DNA of 64,000 nucleotides from Botryllus schlosseri (lineage: Eukaryota), in assembly GCA_051294905.1 (NCBI GenBank), contig CM119372.1:13270001-13334000 (forward strand). The letters run 5' to 3'. Position 1 is the stretch's first letter; the number at the start of each line of letters is the position of its first letter. Shown here piece after piece: positions 52,846-64,000 of the stretch. The position numbers and the translations under genes are program-made. The notes beneath the pieces were generated by a model. The model was not told the origin of the DNA, did not search any database, and worked only from the letters and a program-made list of their open reading frames with translations.

Positions 52846-53610
52846 GGTTGCCAGTAAATTCGGCCACCGGTAAATTCGGCCAGTAAATTCGGCCGTAGGT
52901 CACTTCGGCTCTCGGTAAATTCGGCCCTCCGATAATATTGCATTAAGATGCATTACCAACTGCTAACATGAATTAATTACATACCATGATCAAGTGATTT
53001 GGAGGTCAGGGTATGCGTAGATCGCGTAATCACGGGAGTTAGCGCGGATACGGGGCCGAATTTACCGTTGGCCGAATTTACCTGATATGTTCGGCCCTGG
53101 GAGAATTTTGTATAAAACCGTTAATAAAACTATTAATGTGAATAAATTACATAATAATATCATTATCACGTGATTTGGAGGACAGGGTGTGCGTATATCA
53201 CGCAGACACCGCAGATAACGCGGATGTTTGCGGGGCCGAATTTAGCGAGGGCCGAATTTAATCGGTAAATTCGGCCCTCGGAGAATTTTGTGTAAAAATG
53301 TATTACCAACCGTTAGCATGAATTAATTATATAATTATATTATTATCAAGTGATTTGGAGGTTAGGGGTTAGGGTTAGGTAATGTAGGGGTTAGAGTTAC
53401 GGTTAGGATTCGGATTAGGGTTTGGATTAGGATTAAGGTTAGGATTAGGGTTAAGGTTAGGTAATGTTATTGTAACTGTTATTGTTACCCCGGTCCAGGC
53501 CGAATTTACCGAGGGTCGAATTTACCGAGAGCCGAATTTACCGAGGGCCGAAGTGACCTGTGGCCGAATTTACTGGCCGAATTTAGCGGTGGCCAAATTT
53601 ACTGGAAACC
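52846..53610. mobile_element. MITE with telomere-like array, related to 17560-18472
   Basis: Ends GGTTGCCAGTAAATTCGGCC / GGCCAAATTTACTGGAAACC; internal GGTTAGGG/GGATTAGG array at about 53360-53465; flanked by TGTCTCCT direct repeats. Confidence 0.8.
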
Positions 53611-53620
53611 TTGTCTCCTG

Positions 53621-54045
53621 TAGAGATGAGCGGATTTGGAATCTCTATGTCTATGTCCTAATCCAATCCAAATCCGAACCTTCAAATCCAAATCCTAATC
53701 CATAACTTTTTCATATTCAAGTCCATGTCCAATCCTAATCCGATTCCAACTGGAAATTCAGAAAAAATGCTAATTTACGGAAGGGAATTTGGGAATTTTT
53801 CTTTCACTACCAACGATCCCCTCGATTCAAGATAACTTAGTAACCATGAGTAAACTAATAGCTGATTTAAATAAAGTTTGTCGCCATTCGCCACACAACA
53901 AATCAATCTCCCAGAAAATCGGTAAATCCAATCCAAATCCTAATCCGTTCAGAAAAAAATCTCTAATCCTAATCCAATCCAAATCCTAAAATTTTTCACA
54001 AATCCTGTTTTTTCAAATCCTAATCCTAATCCATGCTCATCTCTG
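53621..54045. mobile_element. hAT-like MITE (AATCC family), second copy
   Basis: TAGAGATGAGC...GCTCATCTCTG; perfect TSD GTCTCCTG (53613-53620, 54046-54053). Confidence 0.9.
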
Positions 54046-54929
54046 GTCTCCTGATATACTATTGCATCCGGTTTATATTGGCGGGAAAATACATAATTGC
54101 GTCACTGCACTATTATTGAGTTGAATCGTTCATTCGTTTGTTATTAATATCTGTCACCTGTCAGAAGTACAAGATGGTGATAAAATGAAAAGTTAGGAAG
54201 GAGTTGCGACGACTTACAGTTATTTTTCAATCAAGCACCCACCTTGGCCTAGAATATGTAAATAATAGGCATACACACCGATGAAAGTAACAGAAGATAT
54301 AGCATACCATACCCTAAAAAGGACAAGCAATGTATATAAATGAGCGGTATCGTCGTGTTGGTGTTGGGGGGTGAGATCGTTATGTCACGTCGTAGCCCGG
54401 TAATCTCGAGTGCTGTCTAGTATGCCCGACTACAGTAAGATTGCGGGCGAAAAGCTTTTTCCGTTACTTGATCTTGATCGAGCGATGATTTATCTTACTT
54501 TCCGTATTTGGATAAATTTCTGTGGTGTATTGAACTGATGAAAATGCTAATAAACTAAACCGAACCAAATACAAACGGTAGCACTCAGCACAGAAGCCTA
54601 TACGCATATCGTAGAATTCACTATCATTCTATCAAGTATCAATACTTACTTCTTTGCACTTACAAGCCATTTTGCGTCACAACAATTGCTCTAACATGAA
54701 TGCAAGAGTATTTGGTGTCGTCGTGTCGTGGTTCGGACCAGATTTGTCTTTGAATTTTCAGAAACGATGCAAATGTTGCTTTTAATTGTGACCGGTTTAG
54801 TTTGATTAAATTTTTGTACTCTGGAGTCTGGTCGCCAGCTATATAAGATTCCCCAGTATATACCTAGTTCATGTAGAATTAAACTGATCGAAGCAATTCA
54901 GTGACGGTAATTTTCGGCCACACAGTGCA

Positions 54930-56609
54930 ATGGCCCTCGAAGAGGAACTTCGAAAAAAGTATGACTTCATCATGCGACCAATCAAAGATCTGACAAAGAA
55001 TTGGGAAATCGACGTCAGCCATATATTAGAACAATATATGGGCGAAATTGAGAAGCTTTCATTCACAGTGAATCACGATGGTGCCGTCATAAATTTTGCT
55101 GAAGCGTCGCTACTGATTCAAGGCACGGCATGTGTATGGGGTCGTAAGGTCGAATATCTCTACACTTTGATCAAAAAGTCTTTGGATATGATCGGAAGTA
55201 AACAGTCTTCACCTGGTCAAATATCTTTGGGACCGGGAAATTCAACAGTTGAAGACGGTAATTTCTGTGATGACGAGGAGAAATTAATTAAATTGGACGA
55301 CGTTTCAATAACTTCTCAAAGACTTATGAAAGGTCAGTACGATCTGGTCACCCCCTTTCCTCTCCCACCACCGTCCATGTTAGAGGTCCATTCCGATGAA
55401 AAAGGTCGGGTCGTTATCATGGAAGAGAAAAGTGACGCTGTTTGTTACTCTAATGATTTTTGGGTGAACCACTATGTACCGTTTGATGATGATGTGAGTG
55501 TGCTTGATAGAGACACCAATGGTGCTCTTCATAGAATGCATGTTGCGACACCGTCGGTTAGCTGTGAATCACCATCGTTTGACGATGTGCAACCAGACGA
55601 ATGGGATTGCGAAGATCAAGATCCTACTGAAAGTGATAAGAGTATGGATATCTCAGCTCCATTGGTAGATGACGTATTTCCAGAAGTAAACCAAGAGATT
55701 GTTAACACGGAAATTAATATGAGACAGAGATTAAGGGTGCCGAAAACACCTGTGGTACAAGATGAAGAGGTTGTAAAAAGGTTAGACCCTTACGAAGAAT
55801 GTGTAATATCATCCTGGACGAATAAGTCACACCGGAAATTGAAATGTTACAAACCGCCTCGTTCGAAGTCTCAGAAGAGAAAGCATGATGGAACGCAGGA
55901 GTCGGCCGTGGAACCAATTAGTGATTTTATGGACAAGTTCACAAAGCGAAACGTAGACGCAAATGAACAAAATCCGCTTTCTCTTATCATGCAGGTGGAG
56001 CAAAAGAGTAGGAATAATATATGGAAGCTGATTAAGAGTAAGGCTTTATTATCAGAACAGCCGATCGATAATGGCATTGAACATGACTATCCGGAATCTG
56101 ATGAAGATTGCTCGATATTTGGTGACAACGAGGAACAGATAGAGCACGATTTTCCAGGACAAGCAGAAAATATACACCCGAATGATCAAGCTGTACTATC
56201 GTACGAAGACTTGGTGCGTCAGCATGTCGAGAAATTTTACAGTGGCGCGCAGAAATTTAAAGAAGAAACGGAATTAGCTCAGCGAGTAAAGCGATGGGAG
56301 GGTGTCGTGTCCCAACACCTGGAAAAACAGAATCAAATGCCTGTATTTGATATCCACACTTATGGAGACAAAGTCTTGAAGAAGTTCACCGATGTCAACG
56401 AAACGAAAGCGTTTACGGATATTTGCCGGTCCGAGAACAGATGGGATGTTTGTAGACTGTTTTCTGCTACGCTGCAACTTGTTAATGACCAAAACTTCCT
56501 TATCAGTAAAAGTGAAGATTTTCAGAACTCTCTTAATTCTATAAAATTGACTTTATTGACAAAGCATCGGCTTCGCGATCGCTTTGACAACTATGCGGGA
56601 GAAACTTGA
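54930..56609 (+). CDS. NCAPH2: Condensin-2 complex subunit H2 (kleisin beta), single-exon CDS, 559 aa
   Basis: N-terminal PIKDLTKNWEIDV..NFAEASLLIQGTACVWGRKVEYLY and C-terminal SYEDLVR..ETELAQRV..FDIHTYGD..VCRLFSATLQLVN match the CNDH2_N and CNDH2_C regions. Confidence 0.95.
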   Translation: MALEEELRKKYDFIMRPIKDLTKNWEIDVSHILEQYMGEIEKLSFTVNHDGAVINFAEASLLIQGTACVWGRKVEYLYTLIKKSLDMIGSKQSSPGQISLGPGNSTVEDGNFCDDEEKLIKLDDVSITSQRLMKGQYDLVTPFPLPPPSMLEVHSDEKGRVVIMEEKSDAVCYSNDFWVNHYVPFDDDVSVLDRDTNGALHRMHVATPSVSCESPSFDDVQPDEWDCEDQDPTESDKSMDISAPLVDDVFPEVNQEIVNTEINMRQRLRVPKTPVVQDEEVVKRLDPYEECVISSWTNKSHRKLKCYKPPRSKSQKRKHDGTQESAVEPISDFMDKFTKRNVDANEQNPLSLIMQVEQKSRNNIWKLIKSKALLSEQPIDNGIEHDYPESDEDCSIFGDNEEQIEHDFPGQAENIHPNDQAVLSYEDLVRQHVEKFYSGAQKFKEETELAQRVKRWEGVVSQHLEKQNQMPVFDIHTYGDKVLKKFTDVNETKAFTDICRSENRWDVCRLFSATLQLVNDQNFLISKSEDFQNSLNSIKLTLLTKHRLRDRFDNYAGET

Positions 56610-56745
56610 GCGCTGCTAAAATACTGTTGAAACATGCGTCTACGCCGTGTCGCCATCCTAGCGTGGTTCTCGGCACTTCTGGATTGTGTGGAGAGGATGG
56701 CAGGGCTCAATCAATTAAGTGGTGGTTTCTTAGCATGCATCAACG

Positions 56746-57347
56746 CAGGCGCGTAGCAAGAGGGGAATTTTGGTGCTTGAAACCCCTCCCTTTTGAAACT
56801 CGAAACCCTGTCCTATTGAAATCCCCATTCTATCGCCAATATTCAGTTGCAAATCAGTTATTCATATTAGCTAGAAGTGCGTTGCCAGTTGCCAATTAGC
56901 AAGAACTGACTGTGCAGAACGGTACACGATCTCCCATTCGGATTGTTTTTCATCTCTACGCATGATATCACCACTGTCCTGAACAATCGCATCCGTAATA
57001 GACCTGGTTTCCGCAAAATATCTACACTGGCCTGCACAATGAAGTAGGACAATCGGTACCATTTCAGAACAGATTCCACACCAGACTTGACATTGAGAAT
57101 AGCGAAATTCGCTAGCGTGGTTGCCTTTTACGCAAAGCGTATTGAATTGTTCACGAGAGATCAGGAACTCGCTAATTGACAGCATTGCCAGCCTCGCTGG
57201 CAAACGTATACGCGAAAGTTCGTCAACACAAGAAGCTTGTATAATCGTCATTCCCGCATTTACATAACCGTAATGAATTGATGCTATATTGGTAAAATGA
57301 AAAAAAATTCAAACCCCTCTCTTTTTTCTCGGCCGGCTACGTGCCTG
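56746..57347. mobile_element. hAT-like MITE just downstream of NCAPH2
   Basis: Ends CAGGCGCGTAGC / GCTACGTGCCTG; TSD CATCAACG/CATCAGCG. Confidence 0.75.
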
Positions 57348-57688
57348 CATCAGCGCACTGAATGGTGGAGATTAAAATAAACTAAATTCTTTCCGTGATC
57401 ATTAAATGACATCGTGAGATGTGTATTGAGACAGCAAACTTTGCGTCATGGTTTTGTGAAAAATATATATAGGACTATCCGTGAATGTTTTAATAGGGCA
57501 CTGTCAATAAAAATAGTCCATTGCTGCTACAAGAAAGATTCCGACTCCACTTCGAGAATGACATATTTTTATTCAATATATTGCTTTATACTCAATGCAT
57601 AGCAATGTGATAATGACTGATAAATAAATTGGTAAAATTAGTGATAAAAGACATACTGCGAACATCGTTTTAGTTCAGCTAATATATA

Positions 57689-62719
<5,031 letters not shown>

Positions 62720-63595
62720 ATTGCAAAATGTCTACAAATATATTGCAGATTTATGAAAAACACTATAAAAGTATCTTGTTAAGCTATCTTTACTAAGTAT
62801 CTCGTATTTACAAACAACTCACTTTACTGTGTGACACGAACAAAGCCGAAAAGGGAGTAAATCATTAACACAACACTCGGTTGCAGAAGACTTCTGATTG
62901 ATATGTATCTATAGATTACGCTGCAATGATACTTTCTACCGTCTGCACAAAGCGACGAAGTCATTGCCGAAGATCGGCAATCATGATCGCACACATACTG
63001 CATGGTTGAGTAATTTTTGCAGTGTTATGATATTTGGATTGTACTGCTGGCTTTTGTGAGATTCGTTCAGTTATTAGCTTGTTCGACTCCACTGCGTTGA
63101 AAACCGGAGTTACTGAGAATTGAGAAAACTCTCTGTATTAGTGCCATGCAACATCTGAGCATGCATGATGCTCATCAAGTTGCAATGTAGAAGTGCAGAC
63201 TGAATAAACTGAGTGTTGCAAGTTGCAACGACATACTGAACTCTACATTGCTTCATTTCTTCTATTATGTGCGTGTTATTGATGTACGTTGATACAGTAC
63301 TGACGAAGTCCGTGTACCTTGCGTTGTATCGACAATATTCTGTTGTTTGTTCGCTGATTTCCTCTCACTAGTCAATTTTTCGATTAATGTGATGAAATAT
63401 TGTTGATATGTAGCCTATATAATTTCTTATTTATACACATGGCCAGAAACCATCGTGATGAGCAGAGCAATAGTGATCTCCTTTTCATGCAGTGTAATCC
63501 CCATTATAATCTACCTGTATAAAAATGCAATAATAACAAGATCGTTTACTATATTTTGATTAGAACAGAAACGGTTGACAAATTTAGGTGGCGGA

Positions 63596-64000
63596 ATGAA
63601 TTTTGATAAAGATCTGTCGGTGAAAAGGTTTCAAGAGTATCTGCGAATAAAAACTGTCCACCCCGAGCCGGATTATGAATCAGCTGTAAAATTTTTGGTC
63701 AACTATGGCAGAGAATTGGATTTGGAAACTACCTGCCATGAAGTATGTAAAAACTATACAGTTGTGGTGATGAAATACCCTGGAAAAAATCCATCTTTGC
63801 CTTCAATACTGCTAAACTCCCATACCGATGTTGTTCCAGTTTATCCTGAAAAGTGGACACATGATCCCTGGACTGCTGATATTGCAGAATCTGGAGAAAT
63901 TTATGGTAGAGGAACTCAAGATATGAAGTGCGTTGGCATTCAATACTTGGAAGCAATACGAATGCTGAAAAGTAAAAATCAGCAGTTTGAGCGTGACATT
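63596..64000 (+). CDS. ACY1: Aminoacylase-1 (M20A peptidase family), 3'-partial
   Basis: Open frame to the window end: MNFDKDLSVKRFQEYLRIKTVHPEPDY..SILLNSHTDVVPV..WTHDPW..IYGRGTQDMKCVGIQYLEAIRMLK. It is absent from the ORF track because no stop falls inside the window. Confidence 0.93.
   Translation, partial: MNFDKDLSVKRFQEYLRIKTVHPEPDYESAVKFLVNYGRELDLETTCHEVCKNYTVVVMKYPGKNPSLPSILLNSHTDVVPVYPEKWTHDPWTADIAESGEIYGRGTQDMKCVGIQYLEAIRMLKSKNQQFERDI

Overview
Compact, intron-rich animal genomic DNA. The many introns of about 60 bp and the dense MITE/DNA-transposon content look ascidian (tunicate)-like, but that is an inference. Host genes: the 3' part of MORC2 (+), RPL34 (-), a tetraspanin for which only the 5' exons could be found (+), a single-exon-CDS condensin-II kleisin NCAPH2 (+), a type-B carboxylesterase ending in the PTS1-like tripeptide SKL (-), and the start of aminoacylase-1 (+). 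Intergenic and intronic DNA is packed with nested non-autonomous DNA transposons, mostly hAT-like with 8-bp TSDs, plus ISL2EU/Harbinger-like, Penelope and LINE remnants. The stand-out structure is a 13,093-bp element at 36102-49194. It has Polinton/Maverick hallmarks (5'-AGTAGT...ACTACT-3' termini, a perfect 6-bp TSD AGCGTC, GC-rich subterminal repeats) but is almost entirely one palindrome. Two arms of about 6.4 kb, differing at only six substitutions and one 58-bp indel that I could find, surround a 339-bp spacer, and there is no intact long ORF. It looks like a snap-back, defective-interfering-like Polinton genome that was integrated as such. All coordinates were read by eye, and no database search was run.
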